Source: Iphione sp. A-MEVVRFRX5
Lineage: Eukaryota
Length of the DNA stretch: 64,000 bases
Reading direction: 5' to 3'
Assembly: GCA_976226885.1 (NCBI GenBank)
Contig: OZ320313.1
Location: 64,976,001 to 65,040,000, forward strand
Positions 1 to 12,280 of the stretch are shown piece by piece (within the stretch, counting starts at the first letter, position 1; each line of letters opens with the position of its first letter). The notes below the pieces were generated by a model. The model was not told where the DNA came from. It saw only the letters and a list, made by a program, of their open reading frames with translations, and ran no database searches. The position numbers were made by a program, and so were the translations under genes.

Positions 1-1177
1 TTGGTCATTCGTGGCGTGTCGTGAGGTAGGGTTTCTTTGGCGTGAACGTAGTGACAGAGAAGTTGATAGGGCCGAGGATATCTGATAAGTGAAGCTCTTA
101 GGTGGTGCCTGGATGCAGCTTGCCAGTGGAAATTGAATCCGCCCCAGAAGCGATCGCTCATAATGTATTGAATCGACAGTATAGGACCGGAAAGGCTCGA
201 GCATTTGAACAATTGCTATATAATACAGATGCCACACACAGTTCACCCAGTATTACACGGTTTGAATCTGCATACAGTGAGAAACAGATGAGGCGACGGG
301 AAATTGGACAGAGGAAATCAGTGATGTGGCAGTCTCCAATGATGTGGCAGTCTCATGTATTAAACACTGAAGAGGACAAAGCTTGATTGCATTTAGAAGA
401 CCTTTTTGTCCCAACAGAATGACACAGTCTAACGCGAAGTATAATAGGAGAAATTGTCCCTTCGTTTTCTCTTCTGTTGAAATATAGTAGGGTCTTTCCG
501 GACTTGGTGTAGTGCGCCAATAATTAAATCACTGGAGAGTTTCAACTTTGTCAGATCTTAGTTTGGGGAGTGAATGCTCAAAGAATCAACAGATAGTCCT
601 TTGAAGTAATATCTATGTTCCTGCTCGTGTTCTACAAATGTCAGAGTTAATGTGACATCTGTTATCATTTGTATGCCGAGACCCTGAAAAAGGGTTCCCC
701 TCTGGGGCGCTGTCGGGAGGAGAACCGTTAAGCCATGGATAAGACCAAGTGGATAGCATAAAATTAGTCACGGTAGACTGCTTTGGGTAGCTCTCCCCAA
801 TATCCTTTCCTCCCCGAGGAATAGACGATGGTATGGAATGTGCAGATACCCTCTTTCAAATTTTTAGTCGCACCCCGTTTATCATGTCTTCGCTAGGCAG
901 ACACCAGGCGACCTAAGCCCAGATAAATGCTGCTCCCAACTGCAAACTCTTATCTCATTGTCGTCTGCCTTTGCCAGCCAGAAGTCCAGCCAGACATTGA
1001 TGGTTAGCAGGGAACACAGATGTCAGTTTGGGTCCCATCTAGATGAAAAGGAAAGTGCTCTACCAGTGCTTCTACAAAGGGAATTAGAACAGGGTGTATG
1101 TGCTCTTGGTCAAACTGGCACGACAGTACATGTACATGTATATGCCATCATGCCCAGCTAAGTAAGGAGATAGATAG

Positions 1178-1180
<3 letters not shown>

Positions 1181-1235
<55 letters not shown>
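1181..1235. repeat. (GA)n microsatellite, ~27 units
   Basis: Uninterrupted GA dinucleotide run read directly from the sequence. Confidence 0.98.
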
Positions 1236-1236
<1 letters not shown>

Positions 1237-4074
1237 CAGATGTGTCGCCGTTCTAGCTTAAGTAGAGGCGATGCCTGCTTGAGCTACTCCATGCATTACG
1301 GGGTTTGTTCATCATTGTCGGTGTTCACACCTAAGAAGATACAGTTAAACCTCATTTTAGGGTCTTGTTTCATAACTGCTTGTCCGAAAAGTAAAGGCAG
1401 AGGAAATGGTCAACGCAGCAGTTCTGCAGGAATATAAATTAGACAAGATAGCTGGATTGTGAGGGAAGATGGATGAGGGTATGCTTTCTTAACCAGTACT
1501 AATTTAAAGAACTGATCGAGGAACATATCCACATAGGGGTTTATACATAGCAAGAAAGCAAAAGATATCTACTATTAGAGGAGACCAGAGCAGATTAGAA
1601 ATATTTTTTAATAGCGAATTTTATTTACGTTGATAAGCGTCGAGATAATCTAACCAGACTGTCAGCCAGACAAACAGACCTTTCCGATTAAAAGAATGAC
1701 TCGGTTTTATTTTGGGTTGTCAGCAGAGGAACGATAGGTAATAACTATTGATAGGTAATAACTGTTGACGGTTGTGTTCTAGTAGTACACTAGCATAGAA
1801 AACGTCTCGGGCAATCAATAGGCACAGATTTGCTGAAGTTTACCGATGACTGGATCCGAAATAGCCTCTGACGGAAATCCCAATATACCGATTACACTTT
1901 TAAGCTCTGAGAAAATAGTTCCTGGATTCTTACAGTCTCATCATGGCACAGGATCACTGAGTTACAGTGTTATCCTCCCGTATACATACTTTATCTAGTG
2001 AGGCACCATGGAGGATATCTCAAGACTAGTAAGGATATCATTATACCTGACGACTGCGCCAAGGGGCCGTGGGTGTGCTGGGCTTTTAGTGCTCGCTGTC
2101 GCTAGCTGGTAGATACGCGCGGGTGGACCTCATATCATCTGTCATTCTAGTCTTCCGTCACCATACAGGGACAGGCAATAGCCAGTGATGCTGCATAGAA
2201 AAATCTTTCATAAAAGCTTTCAGCTCCCTTTGCTATACTTCAGTCCATGGTCTAACCGCCATCAACCTCGAGTGAATAGTTGTTTTGTGTAAGAGCCGAA
2301 ACATAGGAAATCCCCAGCCAGCGCCGCCGCATACCAAACTATACTTAACGGACAACCTGTGCCAAATGGACGGCCTGACTCGACTGTGTTTATTGGTGAT
2401 GTGCCTAGAACTATGGTCCTCCAAGGCTCATAGGGCCGGGTGTCCCTTTGGCGGAGGGCAGACAGCAGAAGTCTTTGATAATCACGTCACAATTGGCTAC
2501 ACCCTAGACACTACAGCAAGGGTGCGCTGAGTGCAGGCAAAATCTTCTTCGCGGTTTTATTATAATAGCAAAAATAGTCCAAAATAGGATACGTTTTCCT
2601 GAACCATTAGTTGGACAATAACGTCTGTTCATGTAGTTTTGCCTTGAATGAAAATAGTTCATATGGCCCAGATTCGTTTGCTCGCACCCTTCTGTAATTG
2701 ATCACTGTTCAACACGTCTTTGATTGTGCATCTGGAGATGAGTACGGTTGCGGTCATCCTTTGCTAGACAGTCCCATATCTGTGTCATTGACGACCTCAA
2801 GCAATAGCAAAGTGTTGTTCTCCGTCATTTTATCATCCCATTGATCGTTCAGCTGGGGATGGCAACATTGCCCTCTAAATCTTTTTAACATAATAGGTAT
2901 GTGGTATCTACCCTGAAACGTCTTTGTCTACCCATATCTGTGACAGAATGACTGGCATACGCCAGCCTCCTCATACTGTCCCATGAGAGAAGCCACAAGC
3001 CGCCCATGGTACCACTGCCTTCGTATGAATATCCATACTAGCCCCACGACCATATCTCTTCATTGCTTTTAAGCAGACCATCAAACCGAGGTGTTTGCCC
3101 CTATTATACATCCAGTCTAAGTTATCGTCAGCTGTGCATAGTGAGACACAACATTCCAGTCTCATTTTTGGTCTTCCTGTGCTTCTGTGCTTTCATTTTT
3201 TTTCGGAAATTTTATGGGGAGACAGGCTTTGTCCTCAAAACGTTTAAAGGTTAGCGTACCGTTCTCTTCATTGCGTTGTATCAACCGTGCGGTAAGTGCA
3301 TATTATACACGCTACAAGAGGTTGGAAAATATATATTTTCCAGTCTAGAAATTGGAAAGGTTAAGCAGGATTTACCCGTTAAGTCTGGCTTTTAGAGAGA
3401 CCCTTGCCTCGACAATAGTTCGGGTGCAGCGGACACGGTCTCTAAGGCAACTTTATTGACGATAGTCTTCAATGAGAGCCATTGGTTTGCCGGTATCCTA
3501 TTCGCCCAGAAAGTCAGGTTAACGAGGCACACAAAGGTACCTCTGGTAACCGGGACTGTCAATTGTGCTTCGTTAGAATGGCTCACGTTGTAAGGACCAT
3601 ACTTCTAGCATGGCTGGCTTGAAGTAAAGGTAATGCTATCTTCTCTAAATAAAATAATCATTGCTCTGTAAGCTTGACACACAAAATCCATGAAAGAGAG
3701 ACGCATTTTCTTCCGTCTCAATGCATTACTTTTATGCATGCGCCGCAAAGCAGTGTTTCCTGTTGATTGCAGGTGTAGAGGTCATACAGGAATTTTTTTT
3801 ATTCAACACCACTGTCAAATAGAAGAATAAGATAGAAAAAAAATATAGGTCTATGGGGCCAGACGGAACATCCAGCGAATGTTTCATCTTGAAGCGAACT
3901 TTACTCTGTTGCCTGTAGATACTAAAATAGACCTGACATGTATAGTTCACGATGAAGTTATGTTCAGAAATACTGAGACAAATTTGGACAATCACTTAAA
4001 GAAACTGACTGTATAGAATATTAGGACCATGAGCTCTCCTTACCTTGGCGGAAGGCCTGTCGTGGTGTACTATG

Positions 4075-4226
4075 TGACGTACAGTCACCCCCACGACAGG
4101 TCCTGCTGGTTCTGTGCCCAGCATCACGGTCAGAATGTAGCGGGTAGTCCTACAGACTCTCTTACGTCACCGACGTCGATGGCGTCATCGACTCTAACGT
4201 CACGTCCTAGACACCACGCCACGTCA
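4075..4226. promoter_or_regulatory. Cluster of CRE/ATF half-sites (CGTCA/TGACG) in a CpG-rich patch
   Basis: TGACG at 4075 and CGTCA at 4165, 4183, 4198 and 4222; 7-bp hairpin GTCGATG/CATCGAC at 4175-4192. Function is inferred from motifs only. Confidence 0.3.
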
Positions 4227-4764
4227 GTGACAAGTCCACAGTACCAAGGATCATGGGTAAGGCCAAGTCCTTTTCACAATGTCTTAGTTAGTTCGCAACA
4301 CCTATAATGCTCGAGGTTCAAATGAAGTTTATATTGTTTAAATACACAGAGGAATTAACCTTTATATGTTTTGCTTGCAATACCTTCAACGTTACGAGAG
4401 AAACGTTTTGTAGTAATTTTTAATCTCCGTGGTGCCAACAGCCTACTTAATCCTGTTTGTTCAGTATATCGTAAACACATTGATGATTACAATCTTTAGG
4501 ATGTACAATGCTTCTCATAAATTGTGGTTCTCATTATTAGGAAGGCACAAACTAATTATACTCGCTTTTCCTCACAGTCATCAGTGAGCCAGCCATTGGC
4601 GTCGGTTTTGATCGATAGTTTGACCAGGCCATCGATTCCCTGGCCCATTTCTTGAGGGGAACGGTCTTGTTTTTCAGTCTGTTGAAAAGATCGATCTGGA
4701 TTGAACCCTGCAGCATTTTCATTCAGGCCAGCTGGTGATTGACAGAGGAGTCTGCAATCCTAAA

Positions 4765-4791
4765 CCCCCCCCCCCCACCACCACCACCACC
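4765..4791. repeat. C12 homopolymer followed by (CCA)n
   Basis: Read directly from the sequence; it explains the poly-Pro/poly-Thr in ORFs 4735 and 4739. Confidence 0.95.
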
Positions 4792-5894
4792 TTTAAAGCG
4801 AATGCTTTCACAATCGTCTATCCATTATGTTATCCGGGTATCATTGCTCGTATTAGTCAGGAATTGTCAACTATGTATGTATATATACATACGTGTAATA
4901 CGCGTTTGGTTCATTCAAGCCAGTTAAAACACTGGGATGGTGATTAAATATTAGGCGATTATTGCAACACATACAGGCGATCTTTGACTTGTTTTTATAT
5001 CTCTCTGTATAGTGTTTCCCTTCCTACGGGCTCGATCCGTCTATAAGATATGATTGGACCTACCAGCCAGCAATTACTTAACTCAAGCCTTTTTGTAGAT
5101 ACCCTCTCTACACCAGCTTTTGTAAGGAACGCTCCCCACCACAGGAATAGTCATGCATGCCTAGAGGGTATTTACAGAATGATTCTTGAAGCGAACTGCA
5201 TCTCACTTTACAAAATTAAAGCAGGCGTTACGTCACAAAACAGACTTCTTTTGTCTTTACTGGTAAACACACCTCATACATCTATCAGTGATGCTGGTGG
5301 AACTGAATCTACTTTACAACATAGCGCCTCTACTTAAATACCTTTTTCCGTATAGACAAAAAACAACTGCATAGGCATACTTTTCCAAGGTGTTCATATA
5401 CCTTTTTGTCCCCTACCTCACAGAGAGGATGGGACCTTAGGAATGCTGCTGGCTGACTGCCAAACTTCTGTCACACTCTTGTGGGTCTTACAAGTCTAAA
5501 ACCCTTTAGTCAAATGAATAAATTTTGATATATTATACATGTACTTATATACATGGGTCCATGACACTGTGTAGTTTAGTAATAATTCAATTGATCTGAA
5601 GGTGACATGATGTCAATTTTACTCTTTTGCTAACATATTCACCAACATACATATCTTATTTAGGGATTTCTAGGTCTGACAATGCACTCACATGCACACA
5701 CACACACTCACCAATACCCCCTTCTACCAGTACCATCAAGTTTGTCATTATTGTCTGCGTAAACATGACAACATGTCACATCATTTCAACTATCATGTAA
5801 AAGGTCTCTGAGAAAGAACTGGATTCAAAATACATGTACTAAAATGTATGTACTTCTCCAGTGATATAAACGCTATAAGGTCAAGGTCAAGGTA

Positions 5895-5898
<4 letters not shown>

Positions 5899-5979
<81 letters not shown>
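5899..5979. repeat. (GA)n microsatellite, ~40 units
   Basis: Uninterrupted GA run; it is the source of the SLSLSL ORFs on the - strand. Confidence 0.98.
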
Positions 5980-5981
<2 letters not shown>

Positions 5982-7759
5982 TGCACCCCGATCTCCCCCA
6001 GCTGTGCATACAATCAACCATGAAATGGGTCATTGATGGTGGGTGGCACAAGACCTTGAAGGTCAACACTCTTTTTGAAAAATAGCTCTATTCCACAACA
6101 GCACAAAATTATATGACTGTCTATCTCCATTTTTATTAAATGTCAGAGTGTAGAACCCATACATAGGAAGTGTAGCTTCAGCGGCAGTTTGAGTCTGCAT
6201 GCCTCATTGATGGGACTGCTCCTTTCATGCCTAGTAATACGCATTTCTCAAAACTTCGCATCCAAGCAAGGACATTACAGCTAGAAACATTTATAGCACG
6301 CTGTGGGTTGCTTAGGTTAGAAAAAAAGTTCAAAAATACCAAGCTAGGATACAGGATCTTTACAACCTAATAAATTTTGAAATAATAATGTGCCACTGCA
6401 CCAACGTTAAAAAGAAGTTGAGCCATTGTAAGAACATCGTAAATCATAATGTTATGACAATCTTGGAATATGATATTCCTGGAATATGGTAGTTTTTAAA
6501 CATGATCTAAAATGATCGAATAAGAAATCAAGGTAGCTAAGTGGGTGAGGTGTTGGGCTTAGATTTCAAGACTGTTGGTTGCAGATTTGGAAGTCCGTTC
6601 TTAACAAAATGAAAAAGTATTACAGTAGAGTTAGACTTCACAACGGGCATTAAAAGATATATTCCAGTTTATTTGAGAGTATTTATGAATCATTTAGTTT
6701 TTTTCATTCAGGTTGCAAATACAACTGAGTTGTCAGGAGGTTTTGTGAAGGTTTGTTGCCATGTTTTGTAAATGTTAAAAAAACTTAACTCCAATGTTCA
6801 TACACTTCTTATTAAATTTAAATGGTTACCTGGAATTGTACCACTGAAATGTTTTCTTAATTGGTCGATCATAACAAATATGTAATCAAACTTTAAATTT
6901 CGCTTAATCTTCAATTTCCTTTGTGAGATCTCTTATGAATCGTTTTTCCCTCATACAAATGAAATACTATCATTCTGCCGTAGCATTTGAGAGATTACCC
7001 GTAAAGCTTTTAACTGATCGGCAAACGTCGCCATAAGCTGTTAAAATTTATAAGGACTTAATGGTGGTAGTAGTAAATTCATGTCCAGATTTAGTTCAGG
7101 TATTAAAGAAAAGTGAAATTATGGTCGGTGCATATTTTAGTACTTAACTTTCAACACTACGCACTCAGAAGAAATCTGTTACTACAAGCATTTACTACCG
7201 AACAAATCACTTTGATGGCCCTGTGTTGCCATGTTTCCAAATTGGCATTTAGCTGACCCAGTAAATTGGCAGGACTTGGTCGTTATTTAAAAAGTAGCCA
7301 CGTTGCTCAGGAATAATGTTATGGGCCGGTTCAATCAACATCCAGAGGCTAGGTGGCGTCACCAGGTAGAATAGCAGGTCGGTAAATATTTAGTTTGTGT
7401 GAATTAAAATGAGCTTTTTTCACGAATGCCACCACCAGAAGCTTAATTATTGATAGAAGCTTGTGAATGTTTCTCCTGTATTCGGTTTTATATATAAAAT
7501 AAAGAATTTTGAAAAACTCTAGTTGACTCAGATGGCAGTTATTCCAGCAGGCGCAGATGTACTAATAAATGGCGATTATCACAGGGTGTACCGGTTTGGG
7601 TAATATTTGTGTCAGATATTGACGCGATGCATGGAAACCCGTCGCTGACCGCCAAATGACGAGACCGACTGTGATGTTGTCAGTCTTCCTGTACGAGAAG
7701 GTTCAGGCCTATGAACGCTCGTGAGATGCCACCAGTGACAGGTGTAGTCTCTTTGAAGT

Positions 7760-7792
7760 CACACACTAGTGTGTGTCGGTTGCTATGACAAC
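7760..7792. promoter_or_regulatory. RFX X-box next to a 16-bp perfect palindrome
   Basis: GTTGCTATGACAAC (7779-7792) fits the X-box consensus GTHNYYATRRNAAC; CACACACTAGTGTGTG (7760-7775) is a perfect palindrome. Confidence 0.35.
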
Positions 7793-8829
7793 AGCCGCTC
7801 CCATCCTACTTCAGTACAGGAGAACGTGTCTCTGATCGAGCAGAAACCTCTAGTGTTTGGTGTACAAAGGCAGAAAGCAGGTCCTGACGAACCAATTCAG
7901 ATATTTTTCCCAGTTCATGTTTCGTTCCTAAAAATAAAAAAAGATCAATTGATTTTCCCTCATGCAACATAACCGCGGCTTCATGTGCCACCTACATATA
8001 CAATGTATATCACAACCAGGTCAGACGTTTGCACCGAAATGAACTCTTTTCTTTTACGCATTGGAAGGGAACAGAACGAACCAGTTGAACTACAATGAAA
8101 ATCGATTTTAAATGCTGGCAGATCGCTTCTTAGGGGTTTTGTATATGATTTTCCCCCATTTTGTATACATAATATTCAGGAATGTAGGAGCCTGCTGACC
8201 GTCTCTTAGTCATATTTATACAAAACACATGAACTATCAGTTGGCATCTTTTTTTTTATAGGAGAGCCTGTGGCTTACCCCGTCAGAGCGTTTGCATGCA
8301 GTCCCCTATTAACTTTTAAGTGCCAGACATGTGCGCTGTGGTCCAAAAAAATCCCAATGTAGGAAATGGTTCAGATCTGTCGAATAGTCTTAGACTGTTA
8401 CAAAGCAACAGAACCGAAGATTAGCATTATAGTTCATTCACACGAGACTCTCAGAACAGTATCTCAGTATCTTTGCATAATAAAATTAAGTAATGCTAGG
8501 TATTGTTTACGTGGGAAATATTCCTCTTCACACTTCCTTTTCTCATAACATGACATCTGTTTTTCAGTCGTATGATATTCAATTTGATGTCTTTTCCTGT
8601 TTACTTCTGCATTGTGCTGTTCATTGTCAGTACCACTGGTATGCGGTAGGGGGCAGTAGCGTTTCGTAGTAACAAAATGTTTTCCTTACTGGTGAACCTA
8701 AACAAAGAGGAACTTTTTTAAAGGGAAGGATGATGCTTGTAACAGACAATTTGCATCTACTTACAACGATATGCAGATATAATAACTTCTTGAATCCTTT
8801 TAAAATAGTATTTAATATCAGTCTGAGTG

Positions 8830-8900
8830 CTTCTCTTTCTCTTTTCCTTTCAGGTAAGTGTTTGGTCCATGCTGTTTATTTAACTTCTTTCACGGTAAGA
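8830..8900 (+). other. Candidate recursive splice site (ratchet point) with a 41-nt cryptic exon
   Basis: 22 consecutive pyrimidines (8830-8851) ending at the C of CAG (8851-8853), directly followed by GTAAGT (8854-8859); second donor ACG|GTAAGA at 8895-8900. Confidence 0.55.
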
Positions 8901-9313
8901 TTTTCTTTTACTAATCTTGGCCAATTATTGATACTTATCTGATTTAGATATGATAGCCACGTCCATGCATATACGTTGATAGCCACGTACATATATAGAC
9001 GTATCTTCTTGACAACAAAGAGAGTAAAAGTGTGTACTAAATCCGCAATACGTACATTGACGAAAGTGTGGCGTGACAAAGGTAGAAGTAGATTGATGAT
9101 GTCAAACTCATTACAGATTTATTAATAAGTAGTCATGAGCGGTTAATGTCTGTCTAATTGCGCTATTTTACAAAATTCTGTCAGTTAAAACATGTGTATG
9201 GAAGAAACTCGAATCGGCATAAGTGGTACTTTTTTGCAGTATTATTTCAATATGAATGGAATCCCCATTTTCAGACATTTACACAGTCTGATTCAACTGG
9301 TCATCTTATGTTG

Positions 9314-9357
9314 GTGCCCTCTAGCGGAGCGATTCCCACATATTCCACCAGGGGGCA
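9314..9357. promoter_or_regulatory. Divergent pair of CTCF core motifs
   Basis: 9314-9327 reads CCGCTAGAGGGCAC on the - strand; 9345-9357 is CCACCAGGGGGCA on the + strand; 17 bp apart and pointing away from each other. Confidence 0.65.
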
Positions 9358-11366
9358 TTACTTGTCGTTCACATCGAACACGTAAAAGAATCAAACAGTT
9401 CGTTTTAAATGCCTTCCCTAAGTGCGTTGAAACAGCATCTAATGTGACAACATATATTTCAACTATCTAATGACAACCATTTCCGTTCTTTTTTGTCAGC
9501 AGTTGCTTTACTGGGATGCACGTTATTGAAAAAAAGGCCTAAAAAAGTACTGAGCATTTTCTAGCTACCTTGATTCCTACCAGGTGTCAGCACTGTACCT
9601 CAAGGGACACGTCTCGATGTTGCCGAATGGTGACATTGCTGGTTACAAACACTTGCTTTCTTACTAACTATTAAGAATTATTTCCAATATTTTCAGTCGC
9701 TTACAGATTTGAGTTCATGTTTCCTGTTTGTATATTTATGTAGAGTGTCGTTATGAGCTCGTGGAGGAGTTGTAGTGCAGCTGGATGTTAGATTTTCTTA
9801 AATACATTCAGCTTTAAATGGTTAAGTGGCTAAATCAAGGAAAAATATCCCGAGTCGTGATGCTGATACTTGTAAGCACGCAAGTCAGCAATGACAAGGA
9901 GAAATCGTGGGGTGCTCTTCATTCTTTCGTATGTGACATAGACCTCATATTACTAGTCGTTAGTCTGTCGAAGAGTGACGGCGGCCCATTAAGGTGCAGG
10001 GAATATTTTGTGATCGTTAGTAGTTAGTGTTGTCTTCACCATTCATTCAGTTTAAGAAGTGGAAGCAGAAAGTCATACTGATATTCAGTGATCGCAGAAC
10101 ATTTAGGTTGGTTGTAAAAGCGATTGTGAAATCTCACCCGTTTGTGTGTCGTGTGAAATGGACTGATGACTGCATGTTTGAATTGTGGGCATGTGTGTAT
10201 GCGTGAGTGTGCATACATATCGAAGTTACCATGTTTCTGTACTTTTTGTCTACTATAGGCCGTGTTATCATGCGTGCGGATTGCATGTGCAGTGCGTGCA
10301 TGTAAGAATTAGGTGTATAGTGAGATAGGACTCTACCTGTTATATTAAGAGGACGATGCAGTCGACTCTATATCCAGCGGATGCTACATTTCGGATGAAC
10401 ATGAAATTGATCAACTGTAACTGCTGTTGTTATTGCCAGCTCTACGCTTATTCGTTGTGACATCATCCATTTTGACATTACTTGTGGTCATGGATCTCAT
10501 TGTTTGATATAAACAAAAATATTTTGAGTCTATTGGCTGTTTATAAATCAGGAATATGAGTTCTGATTTTACTCATGTCATAGAAAGGATGTTTGGTTTC
10601 TATTCTGGTGGCATTTATCACATCAAGGTATTGGCAAGCAAGGCTTATCAAGCATCATAAATGTGGCTCGTTTCAAGGTGTACAACAGCTGTCGATTTTT
10701 CCGTCTGGTATCTTGTTTGATGGTTATTTCAATTTTCTGATTTGCATAGAGAGTCCATGTGATATACATTTCCATAGCGTGTGGTGGTGCAGAGAGCGTG
10801 CACCAGTGGTTTAGTGGAAATTAACAGGCAGCATCCGTAATATCCTGCACTTCCCCGCAGAGAACTGCGTGAAACCTCCAGTAGGATATCGAAGTCAGGT
10901 TAGAAGCAGGATGTTATATGTTTGAGCATTTGTTAAAAATGATCTTAATTTGCATATTATTAGCATAAAGAAGCATAATTCCTGTATAGGGCGCCTAAGC
11001 TCACGCGAGTTCCACTTCCTGTTGGGGAGGAGCTGGGCACAGGCAGTGATTCTCACAATGCATTATGTATGGGACCAGATCTATGAATGTCTCTAGAAGC
11101 TGAACCATTGGTCTGTTTTCTTTGAAATTTTCAGTGATTATACACCTACCCCATATCTATGAGTAAGCAAAAGCATTTTACTGTAATCCTATATTTTATA
11201 TTTTAATAAATTATTTTCAGATCAAAATATTCTTTATTCTTAAACCTGTATACATTTAAAATTTTAGACAAAAAGAACCAAAACTTTTTATGGTATGAAC
11301 AGAAAATGATTTGGGTATAGGCATTTCCCATAGTACAGACTGGAGACGTGCCCAGCTGCTTTGAAT

Positions 11367-11425
11367 TTCCCGGGAATTCCCCACTTCTCGCGCAGAGCGC
11401 GTGACTTACTTTGGCGCCCTATAAA
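11367..11425 (+). promoter_or_regulatory. Overlapping STAT-like and NF-kB palindromes upstream of a TATA box
   Basis: TTCCCGGGAA at 11367-11376, GGGAATTCCC at 11372-11381, TATAAA at 11420-11425 within CpG-containing sequence. Confidence 0.4.
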
Positions 11426-12136
11426 GGTAGGGAGGTGGAGGGTAAGGACCAGGGATACGCATGCCTTGATGAAAACAGCCCACGCAGAAGGCTGCGGAAA
11501 CAGCCAAAAATTATATATCTAAATATTTATAGATATGTAGACTGGTCAGCTTACTGGCTGTTACATTCCTGACCGCTGTTAAACAAGCGCAGGGCACCAA
11601 ATTGTGTAAACAGCTTCCTAAGGTAACACTGAGCTAACATCCTGTCAAAATATGCTACAAAGACTGGGCAAACTCTCATTTTGACGCACTACGCACTTAA
11701 CTTCTTGTGGCCCGTCTCCTGCCGTCATCGTTGCGGACACGGTGACTGGAAATATGACAGCTCAGAATTATGTTTCTAAACCGGCAGTGGACGAATAGGG
11801 CACAGATCCCTCGTCAAAAAAGCAGAGAATATTTTAATTCCTCCATTTATCCACTCACATTTATCAGCCTCTATAATGAACTGCCGTTTAACACGTGAAC
11901 AGCACATCTCATCGCTGCAGCGGCCGGTAACGTTCCTACATATTAGCGGAATTAAGGAGCGATGCTCACAGGGGAGTACATTGGTAATTGCTACGTATGA
12001 TTTCCACCGTGCTCTGTGATGTTGCACTGTAGAGAAACATCTCCCATGTCAATAAAATGGAGGCTTCTAAAGCGTGGCGTTCAAGTGTGAGCCATCCCAT
12101 TGTCTTATGGTAAATTCACTCGGCTGCGTTGTGGTT

Positions 12137-12280
12137 ACCGGAAGCAATTACCCGCCAAGTGTTTCCCGCGCGCTATTGATTATCCTTAGCGTGCCTGTTC
12201 CCTGTGACGTCACAAACGCCGGCCGAGAGCAGCCTACAGCTAATTTACACTTTCGGCCGTGCCCCGCTTACCCCCGCCCC
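12137..12280. promoter_or_regulatory. CpG-rich promoter-like cluster (ETS, E2F, CRE, GC box)
   Basis: ACCGGAAG at 12137-12144, TTTCCCGC at 12162-12169, GTGACGTCAC at 12204-12213, CCCCGCCCC at 12272-12280. Confidence 0.5.

Noticed and set aside
2293-2433. Frame reading ...PDSTVFIGDVPRTM..., resembling an RRM RNP2 motif
   Set aside because: A stop follows within a few codons, there is no RNP1 continuation, and there are no convincing splice sites.
5793-6069. SLSLSL ORFs
   Set aside because: They are translations of the (GA)n microsatellite.
6534-6595. Pol III A-box TAGCTAAGTGG suggesting a tRNA or SINE head
   Set aside because: The B-box is badly degenerate and no cloverleaf forms.
9662-9696. 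Perfect TACTAAC branch point with a TTTTCAG acceptor
   Set aside because: No convincing donor or reading frame downstream; noted only as further + strand splice signal.
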